NCBI RefSeq assembly: GCF_037042905.1
Contig: NC_087252.1
Span: 1 to 64,000, forward strand
Length of the DNA stretch: 64,000 bases
Direction: 5' to 3'
From: Lytechinus pictus
Lineage: Eukaryota
How positions within the stretch are numbered: the first letter of the stretch is position 1; each line of letters begins with the position of its first letter. Shown here in pieces: positions 1 through 12,708 of the stretch. The notes below the pieces were generated by a model. That model made no database searches. It saw nothing but the letters and a program-made list of their open reading frames with translations, and had not been told where the DNA came from. The translations under genes and the position numbers were made by a program.

Positions 1-3000
1 AACCCTAACCCCTAACCCCTAACCCTAACCCTAACCCTAACCCTAACCCTAACCCTAACCCTAACCCAACCCTAACCCTAACCCTAACCCTAACCCTAAC
101 CCTAACCCTAACCCTAACCCTAACCCTAACCCTAACCCTAACCCTAACCCTAACCCTAACCCTAACCCTAACCCTAACCACCCTAACCCTAACCCTAACC
201 CTAACCCTAACCCTAACCCTAACCCTAACCCTAACCCTAACCCTAACCCTAACCCTAACCCTAACCCTAACCCTAACCCTAACCCTAACCCTAACCCTAA
301 CCCTAACCCTAACCCTAACCCTAACCCTAACCCTAACCCTAACCCTAACCCTAACCCTAACCCTAACCCTAACCCTAACCCTAACCCTAACCCTAACCCT
401 AACCCTAACCCTAACCCTAACCCTAACCCTAACCCTAACCCTAACCTAACCCTAACCCTAACCCTAACCCTAACCCTAACCCTAACCCTAACCCTAACCC
501 TAACCCTAACCCTAACCCTAACCCTAACCCTAACCCTAACCCTAACCCTAACCCTAACCCTAACCCCTAACCCTAACCCTAACCCTAACCCTAACCCTAA
601 CCCTAACCCTAACCCTAACCCTAACCCTAACCCTAACCCTAACCCTAACCCTAACCCTAACCCTAACCCTAACCCTAACCCTAACCCTAACCCTAACCCT
701 AACCCTAACCCTAACCCTAACCCTAACCCTAACCCTAACCCTAACCCTAACCCTAACCCTAACCCTAACCCTAACCCTAACCCTAACCCTAACCCTAACC
801 CTAACCCTAACCCTAACCCTAACCCTAACCCTAACCCTAACCCTAACCCTAACCCTAACCCTAACCCTAACCCTAACCCTAACCCTAACCCTAACCCTAA
901 CCCTAACCCTAACCCTAACCCTAACCCTAACCCTAACCCTAACCCTAACCCTAACCCTAACCCTAACCCTAACCCTAACCCTAACCCTAACCCTAACCCT
1001 AACCCTAACCCTAACCCTAACCCTAACCCTAACCCTAACCCTAACCCTAACCCTAACCCTAACCCTAACCCTAACCCTAACCCTAACCCTAACCCTAACC
1101 CTAACCCTAACCCTAACCCTAACCCTAACCCTAACCCTAACCCTAACCCTAACCCTAACCCTAACCCTAACCCTAACCCTAACCCTAACCCTAACCCTAA
1201 CCCTAACCCTAACCCTAACCCTAACCCTAACCCTAACCCTAACCCTAACCCTAACCCTAACCCTAACCCTAACCCTAACCCTAACCCTAACCCTAACCCT
1301 AACCCTAACCCTAACCCTAACCCTAACCCTAACCCTAACCCTAACCCTAACCCTAACCCTAACCCTAACCCTAACCCTAACCCTAACCCTAACCCTAACC
1401 CTAACCCTAACCCTAACCCTAACCCTAACCCTAACCCTAACCCTAACCCTAACCCTAACCCTAACCCTAACCCTAACCCTAACCCTAACCCTAACCCTAA
1501 CCCTAACCCTAACCCTAACCCTAACCCTAACCCTAACCCTAACCCTAACCCTAACCCTAACCCTAACCCTAACCCTAACCCTAACCCTAACCCTAACCCT
1601 AACCCTAACCCTAACCCTAACCCTAACCCTAACCCTAACCCTAACCCTAACCCTAACCCTAACCCTAACCCTAACCCTAACCCTAACCCTAACCCTAACC
1701 CTAACCCTAACCCTAACCCTAACCCTAACCCTAACCCTAACCCTAACCCTAACCCTAACCCTAACCCTAACCCTAACCCTAACCCTAACCCTAACCCTAA
1801 CCCTAACCCTAACCCTAACCCTAACCCTAACCCTAACCCTAACCCTAACCCTAACCCTAACCCTAACCCTAACCCTAACCCTAACCCTAACCCTAACCCT
1901 AACCCTAACCCTAACCCTAACCCTAACCCTAACCCTAACCCTAACCCTAACCCTAACCCTAACCCTAACCCTAACCCTAACCCTAACCCTAACCCTAACC
2001 CTAACCCTAACCCTAACCCTAACCCTAACCCTAACCCTAACCCTAACCCTAACCCTAACCCTAACCCTAACCCTAACCCTAACCCTAACCCTAACCCTAA
2101 CCCTAACCCTAACCCTAACCCTAACCCTAACCCTAACCCTAACCCTAACCCTAACCCTAACCCTAACCCTAACCCTAACCCTAACCCTAACCCTAACCCT
2201 AACCCTAACCCTAACCCTAACCCTAACCCTAACCCTAACCCTAACCCTAACCCTAACCCTAACCCTAACCCTAACCCTAACCCTAACCCTAACCCTAACC
2301 CTAACCCTAACCCTAACCCTAACCCTAACCCTAACCCTAACCCTAACCCTAACCCTAACCCTAACCCTAACCCTAACCCTAACCCTAACCCTAACCCTAA
2401 CCCTAACCCTAACCCTAACCCTAACCCTAACCCTAACCCTAACCCTAACCCTAACCCTAACCCTAACCCTAACCCTAACCCTAACCCTAACCCTAACCCT
2501 AACCCTAACCCTAACCCTAACCCTAACCCTAACCCTAACCCTAACCCTAACCCTAACCCTAACCCTAACCCTAACCCTAACCCTAACCCTAACCCTAACC
2601 CTAACCCTAACCCTAACCCTAACCCTAACCCTAACCCTAACCCTAACCCTAACCCTAACCCTAACCCTAACCCTAACCCTAACCCTAACCCTAACCCTAA
2701 CCCTAACCCTAACCCTAACCCTAACCCTAACCCTAACCCTAACCCTAACCCTAACCCTAACCCTAACCCTAACCCTAACCCTAACCCTAACCCTAACCCT
2801 AACCCTAACCCTAACCCTAACCCTAACCCTAACCCTAACCCTAACCCTAACCCTAACCCTAACCCTAACCCTAACCCTAACCCTAACCCTAACCCTAACC
2901 CTAACCCTAACCCTAACCCTAACCCTAACCCTAACCCTAACCCTAACCCTAACCCTAACCCTAACCCTAACCCTAACCCTAACCCTAACCCTAACCCTAA

Positions 3001-6000
3001 CCCTAACCCTAACCCTAACCCTAACCCTAACCCTAACCCTAACCCTAACCCTAACCCTAACCCTAACCCTAACCCTAACCCTAACCCTAACCCTAACCCT
3101 AACCCTAACCCTAACCCTAACCCTAACCCTAACCCTAACCCTAACCCTAACCCTAACCCTAACCCTAACCCTAACCCTAACCCTAACCCTAACCCTAACC
3201 CTAACCCTAACCCTAACCCTAACCCTAACCCTAACCCTAACCCTAACCCTAACCCTAACCCTAACCCTAACCCTAACCCTAACCCTAACCCTAACCCTAA
3301 CCCTAACCCTAACCCTAACCCTAACCCTAACCCTAACCCTAACCCTAACCCTAACCCTAACCCTAACCCTAACCCTAACCCTAACCCTAACCCTAACCCT
3401 AACCCTAACCCTAACCCTAACCCTAACCCTAACCCTAACCCTAACCCTAACCCTAACCCTAACCCTAACCCTAACCCTAACCCTAACCCTAACCCTAACC
3501 CTAACCCTAACCCTAACCCTAACCCTAACCCTAACCCTAACCCTAACCCTAACCCTAACCCTAACCCTAACCCTAACCCTAACCCTAACCCTAACCCTAA
3601 CCCTAACCCTAACCCTAACCCTAACCCTAACCCTAACCCTAACCCTAACCCTAACCCTAACCCTAACCCTAACCCTAACCCTAACCCTAACCCTAACCCT
3701 AACCCTAACCCTAACCCTAACCCTAACCCTAACCCTAACCCTAACCCTAACCCTAACCCTAACCCTAACCCTAACCCTAACCCTAACCCTAACCCTAACC
3801 CTAACCCTAACCCTAACCCTAACCCTAACCCTAACCCTAACCCTAACCCTAACCCTAACCCTAACCCTAACCCTAACCCTAACCCTAACCCTAACCCTAA
3901 CCCTAACCCTAACCCTAACCCTAACCCTAACCCTAACCCTAACCCTAACCCTAACCCTAACCCTAACCCTAACCCTAACCCTAACCCTAACCCTAACCCT
4001 AACCCTAACCCTAACCCTAACCCTAACCCTAACCCTAACCCTAACCCTAACCCTAACCCTAACCCTAACCCTAACCCTAACCCTAACCCTAACCCTAACC
4101 CTAACCCTAACCCTAACCCTAACCCTAACCCTAACCCTAACCCTAACCCTAACCCTAACCCTAACCCTAACCCTAACCCTAACCCTAACCCTAACCCTAA
4201 CCCTAACCCTAACCCTAACCCTAACCCTAACCCTAACCCTAACCCTAACCCTAACCCTAACCCTAACCCTAACCCTAACCCTAACCCTAACCCTAACCCT
4301 AACCCTAACCCTAACCCTAACCCTAACCCTAACCCTAACCCTAACCCTAACCCTAACCCTAACCCTAACCCTAACCCTAACCCTAACCCTAACCCTAACC
4401 CTAACCCTAACCCTAACCCTAACCCTAACCCTAACCCTAACCCTAACCCTAACCCTAACCCTAACCCTAACCCTAACCCTAACCCTAACCCTAACCCTAA
4501 CCCTAACCCTAACCCTAACCCTAACCCTAACCCTAACCCTAACCCTAACCCTAACCCTAACCCTAACCCTAACCCTAACCCTAACCCTAACCCTAACCCT
4601 AACCCTAACCCTAACCCTAACCCTAACCCTAACCCTAACCCTAACCCTAACCCTAACCCTAACCCTAACCCTAACCCTAACCCTAACCCTAACCCTAACC
4701 CTAACCCTAACCCTAACCCTAACCCTAACCCTAACCCTAACCCTAACCCTAACCCTAACCCTAACCCTAACCCTAACCCTAACCCTAACCCTAACCCTAA
4801 CCCTAACCCTAACCCTAACCCTAACCCTAACCCTAACCCTAACCCTAACCCTAACCCTAACCCTAACCCTAACCCTAACCCTAACCCTAACCCTAACCCT
4901 AACCCTAACCCTAACCCTAACCCTAACCCTAACCCTAACCCTAACCCTAACCCTAACCCTAACCCTAACCCTAACCCTAACCCTAACCCTAACCCTAACC
5001 CTAACCCTAACCCTAACCCTAACCCTAACCCTAACCCTAACCCTAACCCTAACCCTAACCCTAACCCTAACCCTAACCCTAACCCTAACCCTAACCCTAA
5101 CCCTAACCCTAACCCTAACCCTAACCCTAACCCTAACCCTAACCCTAACCCTAACCCTAACCCTAACCCTAACCCTAACCCTAACCCTAACCCTAACCCT
5201 AACCCTAACCCTAACCCTAACCCTAACCCTAACCCTAACCCTAACCCTAACCCTAACCCTAACCCTAACCCTAACCCTAACCCTAACCCTAACCCTAACC
5301 CTAACCCTAACCCTAACCCTAACCCTAACCCTAACCCTAACCCTAACCCTAACCCTAACCCTAACCCTAACCCTAACCCTAACCCTAACCCTAACCCTAA
5401 CCCTAACCCTAACCCTAACCCTAACCCTAACCCTAACCCTAACCCTAACCCTAACCCTAACCCTAACCCTAACCCTAACCCTAACCCTAACCCTAACCCT
5501 AACCCTAACCCTAACCCTAACCCTAACCCTAACCCTAACCCTAACCCTAACCCTAACCCTAACCCTAACCCTAACCCTAACCCTAACCCTAACCCTAACC
5601 CTAACCCTAACCCTAACCCTAACCCTAACCCTAACCCTAACCCTAACCCTAACCCTAACCCTAACCCTAACCCTAACCCTAACCCTAACCCTAACCCTAA
5701 CCCTAACCCTAACCCTAACCCTAACCCTAACCCTAACCCTAACCCTAACCCTAACCCTAACCCTAACCCTAACCCTAACCCTAACCCTAACCCTAACCCT
5801 AACCCTAACCCTAACCCTAACCCTAACCCTAACCCTAACCCTAACCCTAACCCTAACCCTAACCCTAACCCTAACCCTAACCCTAACCCTAACCCTAACC
5901 CTAACCCTAACCCTAACCCTAACCCTAACCCTAACCCTAACCCTAACCCTAACCCTAACCCTAACCCTAACCCTAACCCTAACCCTAACCCTAACCCTAA

Positions 6001-6416
6001 CCCTAACCCTAACCCTAACCCTAACCCTAACCCTAACCCTAACCCTAACCCTAACCCTAACCCTAACCCTAACCCTAACCCTAACCCTAACCCTAACCCT
6101 AACCCTAACCCTAACCCTAACCCTAACCCTAACCCTAACCCTAACCCCCTAACCCTAACCCCCTAACCCTAACCCCCTAACCCTAACCCCCTAACCCTAA
6201 CCCCCTAACCCTAACCCCCTAACCCTAACCCTAACCCTAACCCTAACCCTAACCCTAACCCTAACCCTAACCCTAACCCTAACCCTAACCCTAACCCTAA
6301 CCCTAACCCTAACCCTAACCCTAACCCTAACCCTAACCCTAACCCTAACCCTAACCCTAACCCTAACCCTAACCCTAACCCTAACCCTAACCCTAACCCT
6401 AACCCTAACCCTAACC

Positions 6417-6470
<54 letters not shown>

Positions 6471-6499
6471 CCCTAACCCTAACCCTAACCCTAACCCTA
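1..6499. repeat. Terminal telomeric array (CCCTAA)n / (TTAGGG)n
   Basis: ~6.5 kb of near-perfect CCCTAA starting at base 1, with the C-rich strand on + as expected for a left chromosome end. Confidence 0.99.
6145..6228. repeat. Telomere variant higher-order repeat (CCCCCTAA CCCTAA)x6
   Basis: CCCCCTAA starts at 6145, 6159, 6173, 6187, 6201 and 6215, giving an exact 14-bp period. Confidence 0.9.
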
Positions 6500-6543
6500 T
6501 GGTGGCGGGATCCGCCACTAGCGCAAAGTGCCCCTATACCTGA
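6500..6543. other. Non-telomeric hairpin cassette embedded in the telomere
   Basis: 6501-6541 GGTGGCGGGATCCGCCACTAGCGCAAAGTGCCCCTATACCT is identical to 12295-12335; contains stem GTGGCGG-GAT-CCGCCAC. Confidence 0.92.
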
Positions 6544-6694
6544 CCCTAACCCTAACCCTAACCCTAACCCTAACCCTAACCCTAACCCTAACCCTAACCC
6601 TAACCCTAACCCAACCCTAACCCTAACCCTAACCCTAACCCTACCCCTAACCCTAACCCTTACCCTAACCCTAACCCTAACCCTAACCCTAACC
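6544..6694. repeat. Short internal telomeric tract (~25 units) with variants
   Basis: CCCTAA repeats with CCCAA, CCCTAC and CCCTTA variants in the proximal half; runs directly into CCTAACCAACAAATAGGTTAG of the first array unit. Confidence 0.92.
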
Positions 6695-9600
6695 AACAAA
6701 TAGGTTAGATAATCTTAGCTAAGGAGAGAGTGGCAGAAAAAAAAGAGAAGAGGAGAGTGAGTGAGTGAGAGAGGGAGAAAGATAGAGAGAAACAACAAGT
6801 TAAATGTTAAGGATAAACGAGAGTAGGTATAATTCTTAAAAAGAATATCCATGTTGTTCTGGATGAAAAATAGTGAAAATCGTATTCAACTTCAGGGCTT
6901 CCCCGATTAAACCGTGATTTATTGGGGCTACCCCAATAAAAATGTCAGCCGCCTCTCTCTACACATCCGAGAGCAAATGGTGGTTGTATTACACATTCAA
7001 GAGAGAATTGTGGTAGGGGTGAAGTAGAATCTTCCACTTTCCTGGTGGTAGTATAACTCCGAAAATGAAAGGAATTTATCTTAATATCAGCATATTAATC
7101 TCATTCATATTAAAAGGGTGGCGGGATCCTTACTAGCAAAAATTTATCTATATACTAAAACCTTATCCTAGCAAACAAATAGGTTTATTTTCTTAAATGA
7201 CATTTGATTTTTTTGTTAAGGAAAGAGTGACCGAAAAAGACAGATAGAGAGAAAGAGAGAGAATGAAAAGTTAACGGTAAAGGATACACGGGAGTCGGTA
7301 TACTTTTTTAAAAGAATATATATAGTTCTGGATCCTAACCAACAAATAGGTTAGATAATTTTGGTTGAGAAGAGAGTGACAGAAAAAAGAGAGGAAGAGG
7401 AGAGTGAGTGAGAGAGGGAGACAGGAAGAGAGAAATAACAAATGAAAGGTAAAGGATACAACAGAGTGGGTACAATTTTAAAAAAGAATATCCGTATAGA
7501 TCTGGATGAATAACAGTAAAAATTTTATCCAACTCTAGGGCTTCCCCGATTAAAGCGTGATTTATTGGGGCTACCCCAATAAAAATGTCAGCCGCTTCTC
7601 TGTACACATCCAAGAGTCAAAAGTGTTGGCATTACACTCAAAATGAAAGGAATTTCTCATGATATTAGTATAAAAATCTCATCCATATTGAAAGGGTGGC
7701 GGGATCCTTTACTAGCAAAAAATATCTCTTTACTAAGGCCTAACCCTAGAAAACAAATACGTTTATTTTCTCAAATGACATTGGATAATTTGGTTAAGGA
7801 GAGAGTGACCGAAAAAGAGAGATAGACAGAAGAGAGAGAGAATGAAAAGTTAAAGGTAAAGGATAAACGAGAGTAGGTATAATTCTTGAAAGGAATATCC
7901 ATGTTGTTCTGGATGAATAACAGAGAAATTGGTATCCAACTTCAGGGCTTCCCCGATTAAACCGTGATTTATTGGGGCTACCCCAATAAAAATGACAGCC
8001 GCTTTTCTGTACACATTCAAGAGTCAGAAGTGGTAGTATTACACATTCAAGAGAGAATTGTGGTAGGAGGGGGGGGGGGTAGGAGGGAAGTAGAATCTTC
8101 CACTTCCCTGGTTGTAGTATTTCTCCAAAAATGAAAGGAATTTCTTTTAATATTAGTATAAAAATCTCATTCATAATGAAAGGGTGGTGGGATCCCTCAC
8201 TAGGAACAAAATATCTCTATACTAAAGCCTAACCCTAATAAAGTTTATTTTCTCAAATGACATTGGATAATTTGGTTAAGGAAAGAGTGACCAAAAAAGA
8301 GAAAGAGAGAGAATATTAAAAGTTAAAGGTAAAGGATTTTTTTCGGACTTCAGGGCTTCCCCGATTAAACCTTGATTTATTGGGGTTACCCCAATAAAAA
8401 TGTCAGCCGCTTCTCCGTACACATGCGAGAGTCAGAAGTGGTAGTACTACTCCGAAAATGAAAGAAATTTCGCTTAATGTCAGTATGCAAATTTCATTAT
8501 TATTGAAAGGGTGGCGGGATCTGTCACTGACAAAAAGTTTCTCAATACTTTAACCTGATCCTAACCAACAAAGAGGTTACATAATTTTGATTGAGGAGAG
8601 AGTGACAGAAAAAAGAGAGGGAGAGGAGAGTGAGTGAGAGAGGGAGAAAAGAAGAGAGACATAACAAACAAAAGGTAAAGGATACACGAGAGTGGGTATA
8701 ATTCATGAAAAGAATATCCGTATAGTTCCGGATGAATAACAGTGAAGTTTTATCCAACGTCAGGGCTGCCCCGATTAAACCTTGATTTATTGGGGTTACC
8801 CCAATTAAAACGTCAGACGCCTCTCTGTACACATCCGAGCCCCAATAGTGGTAATATTCCTCCCAAAATAAAAGGAATTTTTCTTAATAACATAATCAAC
8901 ATCTCATTCATATTTAAAGGGTGACAGGATTAATCACTAGCAAAAAAATCTCTGTACTAAAGCCCAATCCTAACAAACATAAGTTCATTTTCTCGAATGA
9001 CATTGGATGATTTGGTTAAGGAGAGAGTGACCGAAAAAGAGAGATAGAAAGAAAGAGAGAGTATGAAAAGTTAAAGGTAAATTATACACTGCAGTCGGTA
9101 TAATTTTTTAAAAGAATATCCATATAGTTCTGGATGGATAACAGTGAAATTTTTATCCGACAGTAAGCATGGTAGGGCTTCCCCGATTAAACTTTGATTT
9201 ATTGGGGGTACCCCAATAAAAATGTCAGCTGCTTTTCCGTACACGTACGATGGTCAGAAGTGGTAGTATTACACCGAAAATGTATGCAAGTTTAATTATT
9301 ATTGAAAGGGTGGCGGGATCCGTCACTGGCAAAAAATTTGTCTGTACTTAAATCTTATTCTAACCAACAAATAGGTTGGATAATTTTGGTTGAGGAGAGA
9401 GTGACAGAAAAAGTGAGGAAGAGGAGAGTGAGTGAGAGAGGAAGACATGAAGAGAGAAATAACAAACTAAAGGTAAAGGATACGCGAGAATTCTTGAAAA
9501 GAATATCCGTATAGTTCTGGATGAATAATAGTGAAATTTTTATCCAACTTTGAAGCTTCCCCGTTTAAACCGCGATATATTCATTGGGGCTACCCCAATA

Positions 9601-10760
9601 AAAATATCAGCCGCCTCTCTGTACACATCCCAGAGCAAATAGTGTTAGCATTACGGTATTACACATCCAAGAGACGATTGTGGTTAGTAGGGAAGTAGAA
9701 TCTTCCACTTCCCTGGTGGTAGTGTTCCTCCCAAAATGAAAGGAATTTCATAATATTAGTATAAAAAACCTCATTGATAATGAAAGGGTGGTGGGATCCC
9801 TCACTAGCAAAAAAAAATCTCTATACTAAAGCCTATACCTAATAAACAAATAAGTTTATTTCCTCAAATGACATTGAATAATTTGGTTAAAGAGAGAGTG
9901 ACCGAAAAGAGATATAGAGAGATAGAAAGAGAGGGGGAATTAAAAGTTAAAGGTAAAGTATACACGGGATTTGGTACATTTTTAAAAAGAATATCCATAC
10001 AGTTCTTGATGGATAACAGTGAAATTTTTATCCGAATTTAGGGCGTCCCTGAATAAACCTTGATTTATTGGGGCTACCCCAATAAAAATGTCAGCCGCTT
10101 TTCTGTACACATCCGAGAGCAAATGGTGGTTGTATTACACATTCAAGAGAGAATTGTTTTAGCAGGAAAGTGGAATCCTTGGAAGTATTACTCCGAAAAT
10201 GAAGGAAATTTCTCGAAATATTAGAATACAAATCTTTTTCATATTCAAAGGGTGGCGGGAACCGTCAGTAGCAAAATATATTTCTTTATGACAGACCAAC
10301 AATAACCATCACATACCATTATTTCTTCATTAAAAAAAAATATATTTCTTCAAATATTTAGCAGAATTTCGATTAAGAAGAGAGGACAAGAAAATAGAGA
10401 TAAAGAGAGAAGGGGAGGGAAAGGGGAAGGGGAAGGGAGAATACAAAAGGACAAAAATAAATAAACTCAATCAGTGTATGCATTCGAGAGTAGGGTATTG
10501 TAGTTTATACCCAACAGTTTTAGACAAGAATATCCAAATAATTCCCAATGAATATCCGTGAAATTTCTATCCAGCTTCAGGGATTTCCCGATTAAACCTT
10601 GATTTATTGGGGCTACCCCAATAAAAACGTCAGTCGCCTTTCTGTACACAACCGAGAGACAACAGTGATAGTATTCTCCGAATGTGAAAGCAATTTCTCT
10701 TAATATCAGTATAAAAATATATTCATATTCAAAGGGTGGCGGGATCCGTCACTAGCAAAA
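6695..10760. repeat. Subtelomeric tandem array of about nine diverged ~410-bp units (A/B subtypes)
   Basis: TTTATTGGGGnTACCCCAATAAA recurs at ~6918, 7561, 7968, 8376, 8786, 9198, 9583, 10064 and 10603; GGGTGGCGGGATCC..CACTAG-like motif at ~7116, 7694, 8182, 8509, 8919, 9308, 9786, 10250 and 10734. Confidence 0.92.
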
Positions 10761-12332
10761 AGTTTGAAAAGCTTTAAAATGTCATAACTTTGTTATTCCA
10801 TGTCCGTTTCTGAAGAAATTTCCAATGTTTTGTATGACTCAGGGTACCGTCTCCCTGAATATTCCTTTTACATTTGCAGATTGAAGGGTTTGCCTGTTTG
10901 AACTTTCGGAACAACTCAGGATTACATGTCACTGATCAATACTGAAAGAAATAAAGCTCATAAGTATATGAATTGAAATTATAGTATGGAAACTTTAATG
11001 ATTTTACAGCATATATAAGGTAACAATCGAGGGTGTGTACACAACGACTACATGATGGGAAGCTATATACAAGGTTTGACTAAAAAAAAAAGGGTTATAA
11101 GTATGGTTAACAACTCATTTTTATTGTATTTATACAAGTCTAGATCAACCATGAAGATACATTACAGAAGTAAATCACCTGATGGTCTTGGTCCTTACAG
11201 GATTCTCGGATACAGCAAACTCCGATTTCTCAAATGAACAAATACAAAATCACAGCCATAATGACAAACAGCATCTTAAGGCAGTCCAATGTTGTCTCCA
11301 TGCCTCGAACGCAATGGAAGAAATGAGCAATTCATAAGTTGAGCTAACGCTGGAGTGGGCAAGAACGTGGACTTATACGGTAGCGAAAAAGAAAGTATTA
11401 TGACCTGATTATAGTATGATCATTGACAGGAGCTCCTAATGGCTCCACGATTTGATCCATGTGACAAGGAGCATCAACTGCTTGGTAACAAAATAATTAC
11501 AACAGTTTTAGGTTTTAAAGTGTTTATTTGACCATTCATAGCTATTTTGTAATTTCATAGCAGGGAGGGGCACTTTTGGCCACCCCTCCCCTAAGATCTC
11601 GGTCGAGGATCGCGCAATCGCGCCGAAAATTCGCACGCACGTTATTCGTGTCGTAATCTCTCAATAATGCCAAAATATTTGAAATTAATTTTTGATTGAC
11701 TATGCTAATTAATTCATATGATCATACTTTGGCTGCAAATCAATAATATTGCTCTTGAAACTTTAAATATTGGTCTGGACACTCATTTTAGGATTCTTAC
11801 TATATGTATACTAAAAACAGGAAATAGCTAGTGTTCTATATACTTAAATGTTATTTTTTTAAATACTTTTTTGTTTATTAGGTTTGTATTTTATTTTAAG
11901 GAAATCTTTTGGAACACTATTGGGGGACACAAATTATTTACAAGTGAAAGAAAAAGACTTAAAAAATATTTTTTTAATGAAAATATGTATTACTGTACAA
12001 GGCCTATAGTAGCGCCAATGCCTCTATACCCAAACAATAACCATAACCCTGACTGTATGGACTTTCCCCATTAGTATAACACGCATGTGTACAAAGTCTA
12101 TGGGAGTTTCGGACTTATGATATATTTTCCCTTTTTTATGTACAAACCCTATGTAATTTTTTTTCCCCCAACTATAGTTTTTTTACATGTTTTGACCATT
12201 TTATAGCTATAAATTTTTTTTTTTTTTAATACTTTGACATTTTTTCGAATTTCCCCATAGGTATAACACGTGTGTACAAAGTCTATGGAAAATGGGTGGC
12301 GGGATCCGCCACTAGCGCAAAGTGCCCCTATA

Positions 12333-12561
12333 CCTAACCCTAACCCTAACCCTAACCCTAACCCTAACCCTAACCCTAACCCTAACCCTAACCCTAACCC
12401 TAACCCTAACCCTAACCCTAACCCTAACCCTAACCCTAACCCTAACCCTAACCCTAACCCTAACCCTAACCCTAACCCTAACCCTAACCCTAACCCTAAC
12501 CCTAACCCTAACCCTAACCCTAACCCTAACCCTAACCCTAACCCTAACCCTAACCCTAACC

Positions 12562-12633
<72 letters not shown>

Positions 12634-12669
12634 CCCTAACCCCTAACCCCTAACCCTAACCCAACCCTA

Positions 12670-12708
<39 letters not shown>

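Noticed and set aside
6502..6521. Helitron 3' end (GC hairpin plus CTAG)
   Set aside because: CTAG overlaps the hairpin rather than lying ~10 nt downstream, and homology continues past it up to the telomeric repeats.
6448..6699. ORFs of VR/GL/PN/LT dipeptides over telomeric tracts (also 12270-12621)
   Set aside because: Translations of telomeric repeats; no evidence of genes.
6850..10625. Hammerhead ribozyme in the subtelomeric unit (expected for Penelope/Athena-type elements)
   Set aside because: CTGGATGA...GAAA resembles but does not match the CUGANGA core, and I could not build the three stems by eye; an Infernal search would be needed.
7335..10649. Recurrent short ORFs such as MYREAADIFIGVAPINQG
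   Set aside because: They recur only because the DNA is repeated; lengths and stops are inconsistent between units.
6695..10760. CRISPR-like reading of the recurring palindromes
   Set aside because: Sequences between palindromes are homologous to each other and ~400 bp long, not unique spacers; eukaryotic context and no cas genes.
11140..11490. Exon-like, more GC-balanced patch in the subtelomeric block
   Set aside because: Stops in the frames I tried and no recognisable protein motif; left unannotated.
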